NCBI GenBank assembly: GCA_963707635.1
Contig: OY970173.1
Coordinates: 2,144,001 to 2,208,000, forward strand
Length of the DNA: 64,000 nucleotides
Origin: Candidatus Latescibacterota bacterium
Lineage (GTDB): Bacteria > Krumholzibacteriota > Krumholzibacteriia > WVZY01 > JAKEHA01
Direction of reading: 5' to 3'
Below are positions 19,171-31,626 of the stretch, piece after piece. The notes under the pieces are model-generated. The model saw only the letters and a program-made list of their open reading frames with translations, did no database searches and was not told the DNA's origin. Position 1 is the first letter of the stretch, and the number at the start of each line of letters is the position of its first letter. Position numbers and translations under genes: made by a program.

Positions 19171-19575
19171 CTACGGAGCCTCGGCAGAGGTGTAGTGGCC
19201 CTCCACGTTTCCGGTGCTCACTGCCGCGACACCCATCTGCAGACCCGTGATCTGGAAGGGCAACGTGGCCGGGAGCGAGGTATTGGTCGTCTCGGCCACC
19301 AGCTCCGGCGCCGTGCCGAGTTCGAGAAGATAGACCCGATAGCGATCCACGTCGGTGGCGTCGCTGATGGTCCAGCTGAGGTCGTAGTCGTAGCCGCCCT
19401 GTGGATTCGCGCCCGCGTAGGTGATCACGAAGTTGCCCGGTGTCGGCGGCACGGCCAGGTCGACCGCGGCCGGGAAGTCGGCGTGCTCCGGGCACCCGAG
19501 CGCACCGACCAAGAGTACCAGCAGGCACAGTGCCGCGGCGCGCCGGCGAATCGTCACGGGGTGGATGGAACGCAT
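19171..19575 (-). CDS. Hypothetical lipoprotein (fibronectin-III-like beta sandwich)
   Basis: Lipobox GALGC; PPTPGNF...LSWT...DRYRVY...VAAVSTGNVEG; RBS GGAGG. Confidence 0.6.
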   Translation of the reverse strand: MRSIHPVTIRRRAAALCLLVLLVGALGCPEHADFPAAVDLAVPPTPGNFVITYAGANPQGGYDYDLSWTISDATDVDRYRVYLLELGTAPELVAETTNTSLPATLPFQITGLQMGVAAVSTGNVEGHYTSAEAP

Positions 19576-19585
19576 GGGCCCTCCC

Positions 19586-20119
19586 CTAGAAGTGGATCGT
19601 GCGCACGAGACGCAGGCCGTCCCCGTGCCACTCGAGTGAAGTCTGGGTCGGTTCGACATTCTCCCCGGTGTCGGGATCCGACAGCAGAATGTCGATGAGG
19701 TTCAGCGCGTAGACACCGATCAGCGCTCCGAGGAAGATATTTCTCCATTGGGCGTCGTCCTCGGCGTCGTTCCAGCTGCTTTCCATCGCCGCGTAGGTGG
19801 CATTGACGTCGTCGATCTGGACGACCTGGCCGCTGTCGATGGCGGTCTGGTAATAAAGATAGTCGCGCTTGCTGTTGTTGTATGTGTCAGCCGAACGGGC
19901 ATAGTTGATCTGGGTCGCGAAGAGCCCGGTGGCCGAGATGATCGCCGCCGCCGCGAACGCGGTTCCACGCCCGTAGTGACCGTCCTGCACCTGGCCGAGG
20001 CCGGGGAGCAGCGCCGACAGCAGCACCGAATCGACCGCCGCCGCGGGGGATGCAATCGACGTAACGAAAAAAACCGCCAAAACGGCCGCCGTCGCGCGCT
20101 TCGTCTTGCCACGTTTCAT
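19586..20119 (-). CDS. Hypothetical membrane/exported protein (SALLPGLGQ motif)
   Basis: Signal peptide, SALLPGLGQ, two hydrophobic segments, C-terminal Phe. Confidence 0.65.
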   Translation of the reverse strand: MKRGKTKRATAAVLAVFFVTSIASPAAAVDSVLLSALLPGLGQVQDGHYGRGTAFAAAAIISATGLFATQINYARSADTYNNSKRDYLYYQTAIDSGQVVQIDDVNATYAAMESSWNDAEDDAQWRNIFLGALIGVYALNLIDILLSDPDTGENVEPTQTSLEWHGDGLRLVRTIHF

Positions 20120-20273
20120 GTATCCGCCTACGTTTCCTTGGAGGTACGAACACCCTCGGCGGGGACACCGCCAACCTGGACGCTAAATGTACGCGGTCAA
20201 GCGCCGAATGTTACGGGCAATTCCCGCGCGAGGCAATTTTTTTCTGCGCCCGCCCCGGGGCTTGCGGCCCGCG

Positions 20274-20303
20274 TTGACGCCCGTGCCACCCCAAGGTTAG
20301 CAT
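20274..20303 (+). promoter_or_regulatory. Sigma-70-type promoter of the ABC operon
   Basis: TTGACG-N18-TAGCAT, 27 nt before the ATG at 20331. Confidence 0.5.
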
Positions 20304-20330
20304 GGCGGCTCCACCGGACGCTGTGTCCCT

Positions 20331-21266
20331 ATGATTGAAGCAAACGGTCTGACCAAGCGGTTTGGCGCTCGCGACGCCGTCAGCGGCGTCTCCTTCCGGG
20401 TCGAGGTGGGCGAGATCGTCGGCTTCCTCGGGCCCAACGGGGCCGGCAAGACCACGACGCTGCGCATGCTCACGACCTACCTCCCCCCCACCGCCGGCAC
20501 CGCGCGCGTGGCCGGCTTCGACGTCGAGTCGGACGCGATGGCGGTGCGCTCGCGCATCGGCTACCTCCCCGAATCCGTGGCCCTCTATCGGGACCTGACG
20601 GTTCGGGCCTATCTCGACTTCGTCGCAACGCTCAAGGGGATGTCGCGCGCGAGCCGCGCCCGCCGCGCCGAAGAGGTGGTCGACGCGTGCGGGATCCGCG
20701 AGGTCTACGCGCGCCGCATCGGGACGCTCTCGCGGGGCTACCGCCAGCGCGTCGGGCTCGCGCAGGCGCTGATCAACGACCCCGAGGTGCTGTTTCTCGA
20801 CGAGCCCACGGTGGGCCTGGACCCGCGACAGATCGTCGAGATCCGCGACCTGATTCGCAGCCTGGCCGGGAGACGCACCGTGATCTTGAGCACGCACATT
20901 CTCCCCGAAGTCAACCTGCTCTGCCGGCGCGTGCTCATCATTCACCGCGGGCGCCTGGTCAGCGACGGGCCTCCGCGCGAGCTCGCCGCCCACGCGGGCG
21001 GCCCGCCGCGCCTCGAGCTCGAAGTGCGCGGCACGCGCGAGGCACTCGCCGTCGCCCTCGCCGGAATCCCGGAGCTTCTCTCCTTCGAGATCGACGTCGA
21101 CTCCGATGGCACGTGCCGGGCGCGCGTCGTCGCGCGTGACGGCCTCGATCCCCGCGAGGCCATCGCGGAGACGCTGGTCCGCCACCGCCTGGGGCTGCGC
21201 TCGATGACGATGCGCACCGCGTCGCTGGAAGACGTGTTCCTTCAACTCGTGACCCGCGAGGACTGA
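20331..21266 (+). CDS. ABC transporter ATP-binding protein (GldA-like)
   Basis: GPNGAGKTT, LSRGYRQRVGLAQAL, LDEPTVGLDP, STHIL, SLEDVFL. Confidence 0.92.
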   Translation: MIEANGLTKRFGARDAVSGVSFRVEVGEIVGFLGPNGAGKTTTLRMLTTYLPPTAGTARVAGFDVESDAMAVRSRIGYLPESVALYRDLTVRAYLDFVATLKGMSRASRARRAEEVVDACGIREVYARRIGTLSRGYRQRVGLAQALINDPEVLFLDEPTVGLDPRQIVEIRDLIRSLAGRRTVILSTHILPEVNLLCRRVLIIHRGRLVSDGPPRELAAHAGGPPRLELEVRGTREALAVALAGIPELLSFEIDVDSDGTCRARVVARDGLDPREAIAETLVRHRLGLRSMTMRTASLEDVFLQLVTRED

Positions 21267-21267
21267 C

Positions 21268-22038
21268 GTGTCCAAGTTTCTGGCCCTGTATCGCCGCGAG
21301 CTCGCCTACTACTTTCAATCGCCCGTCGCCTATGCGGTCGTGGCCGTGTTCCTGCTCTTCTGCGGGTATTCGTTCTACAATCTGCTCGGCTATTTCAATC
21401 TGCTGTCGATCCAGGTGATGCAGAATCCCCTGCAGGCGCGCACGCTGAGCATCACCGCCTCGGTGCTGGCACCGCTGTTCGGTAACATGAGCACGATTCT
21501 CCTCCTGATCCTTCCCCTGCTCACGATGCGCCTGTTCACGGAGGAGCGCCGGAGCGGCTCGGCCGAGCTCCTGTTCACCTACCCCGTCTCCGACCGCAGC
21601 GTGATCGCCGGAAAATTCATCGCGGCGATTACCGTGCTCGCCGTCATGCTGGCCATGACCGCGCCCTACGTCGCGTTGCTCGCGCTGTTCGCGTCGCCGG
21701 AGCCCGGGCCGGTGATCTCCGGCTACCTGGGCGTGTGGCTCATGGGGGTATCGTTCGTCGCGATGGGAACGTTCTTCTCCGCTCTGGGCGAGAGCCAGCT
21801 CGTCGCGGGAGCCATGACGCTCGGCTGCGGCCTGCTCTTCCTGGTGATCGGATGGATCGCCCCGTTCGTGTCTCCGGCCGTGGCGGCGGTCCTCGACGAG
21901 CTGTCGATCATCCGCCACCTGGAGGGCTTCGGGCGCGGTGTCCTCGACACCAACGATCTGGTCTTCTACGCCAACCTCACCGCGCTTTTTCTCTTCCTGA
22001 GCGCGCGCGCGCTGGACTCGGTACGCTGGCGGAGCTGA
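21268..22038 (+). CDS. ABC-2 permease (GldF-like)
   Basis: RRELAYYFQSPVAY, PLLTMRLFTEERRSGSAELLFTYP; multiple TM helices. Confidence 0.88.
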   Translation: MSKFLALYRRELAYYFQSPVAYAVVAVFLLFCGYSFYNLLGYFNLLSIQVMQNPLQARTLSITASVLAPLFGNMSTILLLILPLLTMRLFTEERRSGSAELLFTYPVSDRSVIAGKFIAAITVLAVMLAMTAPYVALLALFASPEPGPVISGYLGVWLMGVSFVAMGTFFSALGESQLVAGAMTLGCGLLFLVIGWIAPFVSPAVAAVLDELSIIRHLEGFGRGVLDTNDLVFYANLTALFLFLSARALDSVRWRS

Positions 22039-23573
22039 TGGTGACGCGGACGTCGATCTCCCGGATGGTCGCCGCACTGGGGCTGGCCGCCCTGCTGGCC
22101 GGCGGGACGCTCTACGCGGCGCGCGGCGGGACCACCGCCTGGACGCTGTCGCTGGCGGCCGGCGCGGCCCTCCTTGCCGTGGTCGCCGTGCTCAATCGGC
22201 GCGCCCTGCTCGCGTTCTGCCGCGGCCGTGGCGCGCGGCGCGGCGCCGACGCCGTCCTGGCCACGATTTTCTTCGTCGCGGTGCTGGCGGTGGTGCAGGC
22301 GACCTCGGTGCGCCGTTCCCATCTCTTCGACCTCACTCGCAACCAGCGCAACACCCTCGCGCCCCAGACCGTCGCGCTGCTCGATTCGCTCGACCGTGAC
22401 GTGACCGCCACCGCCTTCTTCCGCCAGAACTCGCCGGTCCGCGCCGGGGCCGAGCAGCTGCTCGGACTCTACGCCCGCCTCTCCCCTCGATTCCGCACTC
22501 GCGTGGTCGACCCGGACCGCCACCCGGAGCTCGTCGAATCGCTCGGCGCCAACGCCGACGAAATCGTGCTCGAGGCCGGTGGAGCGCGGCGCATCGCGCG
22601 CGCGGCGAGCGAGGACGCCGTGACCAACGCGCTCCTCCAGGTCACGCGCACCGGTGCCAAGACGATCTACTTCCTGACCGGACACGGCGAACGCGCCATC
22701 GATCTCGAGTCGTCGGACGGTTTTTCGTCCGCACGCGCGGGGCTCGAGTCGCAGGGATACACCGTGCGCGCGCTTTCGCTGCTCGGCCTCGCCGCCACCC
22801 CCGACGACGCGGCGGTGGTGGTGATCGCGGGACCGCGGAGAGATCTCCTCGATCCGGAGGTGACCCTGCTGCGCGACTATCTTGCCGGCGGCGGCTCGCT
22901 CCTCGCCCTGGTCGACCCGCGTGCGCAGGTTCCGCTCCTGGGCGCCCTGCTGGCTGAATTCCGGCTCGCGCTCGTGGACGCGGTGATCCTCGACGAGATC
23001 GTGCTCGACGCCGGCAATCGCACGTTCGACGCGACCGTGGCCAAGATCCGGCGCTACGAGCGCCACCCCGTCACCCGCGGATTCAACTTCGTGACCATGT
23101 TTCCGCGGGCGCGGCCCGTGCGCATCACCGCCGACAGTGCCGAGGTCGGCCTCGACGCGCGCTATCTGTGCGTCACCGACGACGTCGCGTGGGGCGAGGT
23201 GGACATGGACCGCTTCCAGACCGGGAGCGCCTCGCGCGACGGCGAAGACATCGCGGGCCCGCTTCCCGTCGCCGCCGCGGTCGAGCTGACCCGTTCGGGC
23301 AGGTCGAGCCGCGTGGTGCTGGTGGGAGACTCCGACTTCGCGAGCGACGGCTTCTACGGCGTGCTCGGAAATTCGGACCTGTTCCTGAACATGATCGCCT
23401 ACCTGGCCGAGGAAGAGAGCCTGATCACGGTCCGCCCGCGCCCACCGCTCGGCGACAGCGTCTACATCACCGAGAGTCAGGGGCGGCTCGTCTTCGCCGT
23501 GTGCATGGTGGCGCTGCCGCTGACGTCGATCGTGACCGGGCTCTTCGTCTACCTTCGCCGCCGGCGTTTGTGA
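22038..23573 (+). CDS. GldG-family ABC auxiliary component
   Basis: FDLTRNQRNTLAPQT, IYFLTGHGE, VIAGPRRDL, LVGDSDF, NSDLFLN; TGATG coupling to the permease. Confidence 0.88.
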   Translation: MVTRTSISRMVAALGLAALLAGGTLYAARGGTTAWTLSLAAGAALLAVVAVLNRRALLAFCRGRGARRGADAVLATIFFVAVLAVVQATSVRRSHLFDLTRNQRNTLAPQTVALLDSLDRDVTATAFFRQNSPVRAGAEQLLGLYARLSPRFRTRVVDPDRHPELVESLGANADEIVLEAGGARRIARAASEDAVTNALLQVTRTGAKTIYFLTGHGERAIDLESSDGFSSARAGLESQGYTVRALSLLGLAATPDDAAVVVIAGPRRDLLDPEVTLLRDYLAGGGSLLALVDPRAQVPLLGALLAEFRLALVDAVILDEIVLDAGNRTFDATVAKIRRYERHPVTRGFNFVTMFPRARPVRITADSAEVGLDARYLCVTDDVAWGEVDMDRFQTGSASRDGEDIAGPLPVAAAVELTRSGRSSRVVLVGDSDFASDGFYGVLGNSDLFLNMIAYLAEEESLITVRPRPPLGDSVYITESQGRLVFAVCMVALPLTSIVTGLFVYLRRRRL

Positions 23574-23577
23574 CCCC

Positions 23578-24894
23578 ATGCCGTCGCGCACCACCCGCGT
23601 CCTCGCCGTCCTCGCCGTCCTCGCCGTGGCAGCGTTTGTGGTATTCGAACTGCCGCAGCGACGTGCCCGCGAACAGGCCGAGCGGAACGCCTCCGCACTG
23701 TTTGGCTTCGACGCGACGGGCGTCGACGGCGTCCGCGTGCGCCGGGGTGGCGAGGAGCTGGTCTTCGTGCGGCGCGATACCGGATGGGAAATGCTCTCTC
23801 CACTCGCCGATCACGCCGAGACCTCCGCGGTGGCGTCGCTGATCCAGGCGCTGCACGATGCCGGCGTGGAGCGAAACCTGGGCCGGGAGGACGACGACGA
23901 GCGCTTCGGGCTGCGCGCGCCCGCGGCGGTGGTATGGATCGCCGCCGGCCGCGACACCGTCGCGCGCCTCGAGATCGGCCGCTACACCCCCGATCGCGCG
24001 TTCGTCTACGCACGCCGGAGTGACGGCGACATCGTGCTCGCGCCGACCGACCTCCACCGCGCTGCCACGCTTGCGCTCGACGCGTACCGAAGTCGTCGCG
24101 TCGTCGACTTCGAGCGTGCGGCGGTGCGTTCGTTCGAACTTCGCAACCCCGCCGGCGCATCGCGCTGGGCGCGCTCTGGCCCCGCTGCGTGGCTCGCCGT
24201 GGTCGCGGGCGACACCATCCCGGGGGACTCGACCGCCGTCGAGGCAGTGCTCCGCACGCTGCGAGGTTTGCGGATCTCGCGCTTTCTGGCACCCACCGAC
24301 ACCGCCCGCGCACTCGACCACGCCGAGGTGGCAATCACCATCGAACGCGCAGCGCCGCTACCCTCAGTCCGGGTGCGCTTTCGCTGCCCGGGCGCCTCGT
24401 GCCTCGTGCACTGCGACGGCGAGACGCGGGTGTCGGAAATTGCGGACGGCATCGGCGTGCTGATGACCGCCGGCATCGACGACCTGCGCGACCGGCGCCT
24501 GCTTCACTTCGCGCCCGAACGGGCGGGTCGAATCGAGATTTCCATCCCCGACACCTCGGCGGTGCTGGTGCGCGCCGGCGACGCGTGGGCGGTGCCCAAC
24601 CCGGCGATGGGAACGCTCGACCGCGGGCGGACGGCCGACTTCGTCCGCACACTGCAGTCGCTGCGCTGGACCCGCATCGCCGTGCCCGCGAAGGACCCGC
24701 CGCGCGGCGCCTCGACGGAGTACGCGCTGGTGGTGTACGCGCGCGACGGAGGCATTCTCGACGACGTGCGCGGCGCGGTACGCGGCGACCCTCCGGTCTA
24801 CACCGGCAGGTCGCGTTCCAGCGGCCTGCTCACCGAAACCGACGCTTCCGCGTTCGAGGCGCTGGTCGCAAGCCTCCGCCGGTTGCAGCGATGA
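23578..24894 (+). CDS. DUF4340 domain-containing protein
   Basis: N-terminal anchor and repeated units (FGL..P, LEIG, DLRDRRLL); typical position after gldG. Confidence 0.75.
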   Translation: MPSRTTRVLAVLAVLAVAAFVVFELPQRRAREQAERNASALFGFDATGVDGVRVRRGGEELVFVRRDTGWEMLSPLADHAETSAVASLIQALHDAGVERNLGREDDDERFGLRAPAAVVWIAAGRDTVARLEIGRYTPDRAFVYARRSDGDIVLAPTDLHRAATLALDAYRSRRVVDFERAAVRSFELRNPAGASRWARSGPAAWLAVVAGDTIPGDSTAVEAVLRTLRGLRISRFLAPTDTARALDHAEVAITIERAAPLPSVRVRFRCPGASCLVHCDGETRVSEIADGIGVLMTAGIDDLRDRRLLHFAPERAGRIEISIPDTSAVLVRAGDAWAVPNPAMGTLDRGRTADFVRTLQSLRWTRIAVPAKDPPRGASTEYALVVYARDGGILDDVRGAVRGDPPVYTGRSRSSGLLTETDASAFEALVASLRRLQR

Positions 24895-25751
24895 ACCCCT
24901 CGAACGCGATACGCCAGCCCGCGGTCGCCGGGATGTTCTACCCGGGCGAGCGTGGCACGCTCCTCGCGGCGGTGGACGCCCTCCTCGCCGCCGCGCCGGC
25001 GCCGGCGCTGCCGAACCCGCCGCGCGTGCTGCTCTCTCCCCACGCCGGGTACGCGTATTCCGGCGCCGTCGCCGCGCACGCGTTTCGCTGCCTGGAATCG
25101 GCGGCCGCCGACACGTTCGTGCTCATTGGCCCGTCCCACGTCGAGGCGTTCGACTTTTCCTCGGTGTTCGATGGCGATGCGTACCGCACCCCGCTCGGCG
25201 ACGTGCCCGTCGACGCCGGGCTTGCGCGCGCCATCGCCGGGCGGGCACCGTCGATCCGGCTTTCGCGCCGCGGCCACGTTCGTCCTCCGCTGTCCCGGGG
25301 CGAGCACAGCCTCGAAGTGCTGCTCCCGTTTCTCCAGCGTATCGCGCCGGACGCGAGCATCGTCCCGATCGTGATGGGGTCACAGACGTGGGAGGCGTGC
25401 GAGGAACTCGGCGCCGCCGTTGCGGGTGTTGTGCCTCCATCCCGCGCCGTGGTCGTGGCCAGCTCCGACCTCTCCCACTTCCACGCCGACGCCGAGGCGC
25501 GTCGCCTCGACGCGGTTTTTTGCGAGACGCTCGAGGGCGGCGACGCGGCGGCGCTCTTCCGCGCCGTCGACGAGGGACGGTGCGAGGCGTGCGGCGCGGG
25601 GCCGACGATCGCGTCCGTGCTCACGTCCCGGCGCTGGCTGGCGCCGTCGTGCCGCGTGCTCGCCAGCGCCAACTCCGGCGACGTGACGGGCGACCGCTCC
25701 AGCGTGGTGGGCTACGCGGCCGCGGTCGTCACTGCCGGCGGACCGGCGTGA
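24891..25751 (+). CDS. amrB: AmmeMemoRadiSam system protein B (MEMO1 family)
   Basis: RQPAVAGMFYP, PHAGYAYSG, GPSH, TPLG, EHSLEVLLPFLQ, ASSDLSH, ACG, VVGY. Confidence 0.93.
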   Translation: MNPSNAIRQPAVAGMFYPGERGTLLAAVDALLAAAPAPALPNPPRVLLSPHAGYAYSGAVAAHAFRCLESAAADTFVLIGPSHVEAFDFSSVFDGDAYRTPLGDVPVDAGLARAIAGRAPSIRLSRRGHVRPPLSRGEHSLEVLLPFLQRIAPDASIVPIVMGSQTWEACEELGAAVAGVVPPSRAVVVASSDLSHFHADAEARRLDAVFCETLEGGDAAALFRAVDEGRCEACGAGPTIASVLTSRRWLAPSCRVLASANSGDVTGDRSSVVGYAAAVVTAGGPA

Positions 25752-26299
25752 GCACCGACGCGCAATCGCAGGGAGCGCTGCTGTTGCTCGCGCGCGCCGC
25801 GATTGCGTCGTCGCTGGGTGTGGAGCGCGCGCCGCCCGCGGCCCACCTCCCGGTCTTCGACCGGCTCCAGGGAGCATTCGTCACCCTGACCCTCCGCGAG
25901 CGCCTGCGCGGCTGCATCGGCCGCATCGAGCCGAGCGAAGCGCTGCGCGTCCTGATCCCCGCGGTGGCGCGCTCCGCCGCGTTTTCCGACCCGCGCTTCG
26001 CGCCCCTCGAGATCGACGAGCTCGCGCGCGTCCGCATCGAGATTTCCCTCCTGTCCGTGCCGGAGCGCGTGGACGCACCCGACGAGCTGGTCGTCGGCCG
26101 TCACGGCGTGATCGTCGAGTGGCGCGGGGTGCGCGGACTGCTGCTCCCGCAAGTGGCGGTCGAATACGGATGGGGGCGCGACGAGTTCCTCGCGCACGCG
26201 TGCGGCAAGGCGTCGCTCCCGCCCGACGCGTGGGGGCGGGGTGACGTTCGCATCCTGCGCTTCGAGGCGGAGGTGTTTCGGGAGCCGGCGGGCGGCTAG
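25748..26299 (+). CDS. amrA: AmmeMemoRadiSam system protein A (AMMECR1 family)
   Basis: GAFVTL, LRGCIG, DPRF, EISLLS, GLLLPQVAVE; GTG start overlaps the amrB stop. Confidence 0.93.
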   Translation: MSTDAQSQGALLLLARAAIASSLGVERAPPAAHLPVFDRLQGAFVTLTLRERLRGCIGRIEPSEALRVLIPAVARSAAFSDPRFAPLEIDELARVRIEISLLSVPERVDAPDELVVGRHGVIVEWRGVRGLLLPQVAVEYGWGRDEFLAHACGKASLPPDAWGRGDVRILRFEAEVFREPAGG

Positions 26300-27798
26300 G
26301 CGGCGGTGGCTTCGGTGAGGGCGCGCTCGCGGTGGGTGGCGCCGTCGTACGACAGGAGCGTCGTCGTCTCGCCGACCACGGTTTGCACGTGCACCGGCCG
26401 CGACCACACCCGGTAGAGCGCTTCGATCGTCGCCTTGGCGTAGTCCTGGCGGAGTTCCACTCCGTCGAACCGGTGGCCCAGATACAGCTCGCCCCGGTTG
26501 TCGAAATTCCCGTCCACGACGGTAATGAACGGGTGGCCCATGTTGGTCAGCTGGAACATCAGCTTTTCCTTCACCGCCTGGAACTCGCGGTCGGCGATCT
26601 CGTAGCGCCCGTTCCGCTCGTTGAGCGAATACGTGAACAGCCGCTGCTCGCGGCAGAACTCCTCGGTCAGGAACTCGTCGATGAAGGTCATGTCATTGTA
26701 GATCGCGCGTACCTGGAAGATCTTTTCGCGCCCCTTCCCCGTCTGCCGGTTCCACGCGGCGCGCGTGGCGATATCGTCGCACTCTTCGTACTCCTTGCCG
26801 AACCGCCCGGTGTTCCAGCGCCGCTCGATGTCGCAATAGAGCTCGTACCCGAGCTTGTAGGGGTTGAGCTGCCCGGCGTGCACCGCCAGCGTCGACGAAT
26901 GGTGATCGGCGAAGTCCACGAGCTCGGCCGCTTCGAGCGCGCGCTCGGTCATGATCTTCTCATGCCAGTACGACGCCCACCCCTCGTTCATGATCTTGGT
27001 CTGCGCCTGGGGAGCGAAATAGTAGGCCTCTTCGCGCATCATGGAGAGGATGTCCCGCTTCCAGTTGGGCAGCGGCGCGTGCTCGATCAGAAAGCGCAAC
27101 ACATCCTTGGCGGGGCGCTCCGGGAACATCCGCCGCGCGTGTTCCTCCGCGCGCGCGCGCCGGCGCTCCTCGAGAAAATCGGGAGGGTTGATGTACGGCT
27201 CCATGTAATCCTTGCTCTTGAGGCGCGGCACGTCCTGGACCGCGACCTCTTCGTGGTCGCGCCCGCCCCCGTTGCGCTCCTCGCACAGAAACAGCGCATT
27301 CGGGTCGATCAGGTTCTCGATCGACGAGCACGTGTCCAAGAATTGCTCGACAACGTCCTGCCCGTGCGCGGCCATGTACCCCTGGATTCGGCTCCCGTGA
27401 TTCGCCATCTCGTCCATCATGTGCCGGTTGGTGTTCCGGAAGTAGGCGTTGTTCTTGAAGAAGTCGCAATGGGCGAATACGTGGCCGATCACCAGCTTCT
27501 GGTCGACCAGCTGGTTGGAGTTGAGCAGGTACGCGTAACAGGGATTGCTGTTGATCACCATCTCGTAGATCTTGTGGAGCCCGTACCCGTAGCTCTTCTG
27601 CATGTACTCGTATTGCATGCCGAATCGCCAGTGCGGATAGCGGGTCGGAAACCCGCCATAGGAGGCGACCATGTTGATCTCCTCGTAGTCCAGCATCTCG
27701 AATATGACGGGGAAGAAATCGAGCCCGTAGGCGCGCGCGTACCCCTCGATTTCCTGGATGATGGCCGCGAGGCGTTGTCTGTCGATCACCGGGCTCAC
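26296..27798 (-). CDS. spoVR: SpoVR family protein (YcgB)
   Basis: [58 protein letters not shown]. Confidence 0.95.
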   Translation of the reverse strand: MSPVIDRQRLAAIIQEIEGYARAYGLDFFPVIFEMLDYEEINMVASYGGFPTRYPHWRFGMQYEYMQKSYGYGLHKIYEMVINSNPCYAYLLNSNQLVDQKLVIGHVFAHCDFFKNNAYFRNTNRHMMDEMANHGSRIQGYMAAHGQDVVEQFLDTCSSIENLIDPNALFLCEERNGGGRDHEEVAVQDVPRLKSKDYMEPYINPPDFLEERRRARAEEHARRMFPERPAKDVLRFLIEHAPLPNWKRDILSMMREEAYYFAPQAQTKIMNEGWASYWHEKIMTERALEAAELVDFADHHSSTLAVHAGQLNPYKLGYELYCDIERRWNTGRFGKEYEECDDIATRAAWNRQTGKGREKIFQVRAIYNDMTFIDEFLTEEFCREQRLFTYSLNERNGRYEIADREFQAVKEKLMFQLTNMGHPFITVVDGNFDNRGELYLGHRFDGVELRQDYAKATIEALYRVWSRPVHVQTVVGETTTLLSYDGATHRERALTEATAA

Positions 27799-28898
27799 CG
27801 TCCCTTGCCCAGGAACTTCTTGATCGAGTCGTAGATTTCTTCCCGGCTGCCGATCTCGGCGAGCACGACGTTCTCGGCCTGTCCGAACGCCCCCGCCAGG
27901 TCGTTGACGAACGCCCCGCTCCCGTACGGGCTCGCGACCTGTCCGTAGCAGAACAGATTCGCGCTGGGGAGAATCTTCTCCGCGAGGAGCTTGACGCACA
28001 CCTGCGTGTCCCCACCTCCCCAGTTGTCGCCGTCCGAGAAATGAAACACGTAAATGTTCCACTCACCCGGCGGGCACTCCTCGTCGATCAGGCGGGCGGT
28101 GAGCTGGTACGCGGAGGAAATGCGGGTCCCGCCGCTCTCCCGGGTGTGGAAGAAGGTGTGCTCGTCGACTTCCCGCGCCTCGGCGTCGTGGACGATGAAA
28201 CGCGTCGCCACGCCCTTGTACTGGCGCTGCAACCAGGTGTTGATCCAGAACGACTCGTTGCGCACGATGTCCTTCTGTTCGTCTCCCATCGATCCCGACA
28301 CGTCCATGATGTAGATGATCACCGCGTTGGTCTCGGGGGCGTGGATGGTGCGCCGGGCCCGGTAGCGGCGGTCGTCCTTGATGGGGACGACCACGGGCCG
28401 GTCGAAGTCGTAGGCGCCCGACGCGATCTGACGCTTGAGCGCCTCGCGGAAGGTGCGGCGAAAGTGGCGCAGGGACTCCGGGCCGGTGCGGTGGATGCCG
28501 CTGAAGCGCCCGTGCTCGGCCTCGATCGCGTCCTTCGACTTCGGGCGGATGTTCGGGAGTTCGAGTTCCTCCGCCATGATCTCGGCCAGTTCGGCGAGCG
28601 CGACCTCGACCTCCACCACGTGTTCGCCGGGGGCGTCGCCGGCGGCGCCGCCGCCGCTTCCCTCCGCCTGACCGATGGGCGTCCCCGGCTCGCCGTCGCC
28701 CTGCCCCACCCCACCGAAGCGGCGCGTCTCGTGGCGAAAGGTCGGAATCTCGATCTGGCGGATCGGGATCGACACCAGGTCCTTCCCATGGCGGCCCACC
28801 AGTTCGCCCGTCACCATGTACTTGCGCAGGTCCTTCTTGACGATGCCGCGGACCACCTGCCGGAAGCGCCCCAGGTCACGGTCGATTCGCTGCACCAT
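27795..28898 (-). CDS. yeaH: DUF444 family (YeaH/YhbH) vWA-like protein
   Basis: [37 protein letters not shown]. Confidence 0.92.
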   Translation of the reverse strand: MVQRIDRDLGRFRQVVRGIVKKDLRKYMVTGELVGRHGKDLVSIPIRQIEIPTFRHETRRFGGVGQGDGEPGTPIGQAEGSGGGAAGDAPGEHVVEVEVALAELAEIMAEELELPNIRPKSKDAIEAEHGRFSGIHRTGPESLRHFRRTFREALKRQIASGAYDFDRPVVVPIKDDRRYRARRTIHAPETNAVIIYIMDVSGSMGDEQKDIVRNESFWINTWLQRQYKGVATRFIVHDAEAREVDEHTFFHTRESGGTRISSAYQLTARLIDEECPPGEWNIYVFHFSDGDNWGGGDTQVCVKLLAEKILPSANLFCYGQVASPYGSGAFVNDLAGAFGQAENVVLAEIGSREEIYDSIKKFLGKGR

Positions 28899-28916
28899 AC
28901 CGTCTCTCCTCCGGCG

Positions 28917-30971
<2,055 letters not shown>

Positions 30972-31084
30972 GAATCCTCCGAGTGTCGAGGTCGACCGGG
31001 TGTTACGGGTCCATCAGTCGAGATATTGAATGCCGTCGTCGCCGCGCGCCGGGGCCGCCGCATCGGGACGCGCTTCCCAAACGG

Positions 31085-31100
31085 GCAAAAAGCGTACCAA
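31085..31100 (-). promoter_or_regulatory. Sigma-54 (-24/-12) promoter of prkA-yeaH-spoVR
   Basis: Minus strand TTGGTACGCTTTTTGC, one mismatch to TGGCAC-N5-TTGC, ~115 nt upstream of the ATG. Confidence 0.75.
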
Positions 31101-31284
31101 TGGCTTCCGTGCGTTCCCCATCGTCCCGCGCTGCCCACGGTCCCCGTTGCCGCGCGCGTGACTCCCCCGGTCGAGGCGTGCAACTCCTGCCCCGATAGCG
31201 GTCTGGGCAATCGCGCCCGCGGGCCGCTATACTCCGTCGCGCGGGCACCCCGGCCGGTGCCCGGGCGCAACGCGCGGAGGTTCC

Positions 31285-31626
31285 ATGACCAATTGCATCT
31301 TCTGTCGAATTGTTTCCGGTCAGATTCCGTCGAAGCGGGTGCACGAAGACGCGGACGTGGTCGCGTTCGAAGACGCAAGTCCGGTCGCGCCGACGCACGT
31401 CCTCGTCGTTCCCCGGCGGCACCTGGCGACTCTGGACGAGGCGAGCGACGCCGACGCAGGCTTGCTCGGGCAGCTAGTGGTGGTGGCGCGAGCGATCGCC
31501 GCGAAACGCGAACTGGGGAGTGGATACCGCTTGGTGATGAACGTGCACGCAGGGGCGGGACAGTCGGTCTTCCATCTCCACCTGCACGTCCTCGGAGGGC
31601 GGGCGTTCGGCTGGCCGCCGGGCTAG
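31285..31626 (+). CDS. hinT: Histidine triad (HIT) nucleotide-binding protein
   Basis: CIFCRI, PVAPTHVLVVP, AGQSVFHLHLHVLGGR..WPPG; RBS GGAGG. Confidence 0.95.
   Translation: MTNCIFCRIVSGQIPSKRVHEDADVVAFEDASPVAPTHVLVVPRRHLATLDEASDADAGLLGQLVVVARAIAAKRELGSGYRLVMNVHAGAGQSVFHLHLHVLGGRAFGWPPG

Noticed and set aside
23599..23625. Tandem 9-bp repeat (GTCCTCGCC)x3
   Set aside because: In-frame VLA repeat within a membrane anchor; no phase-variation potential.
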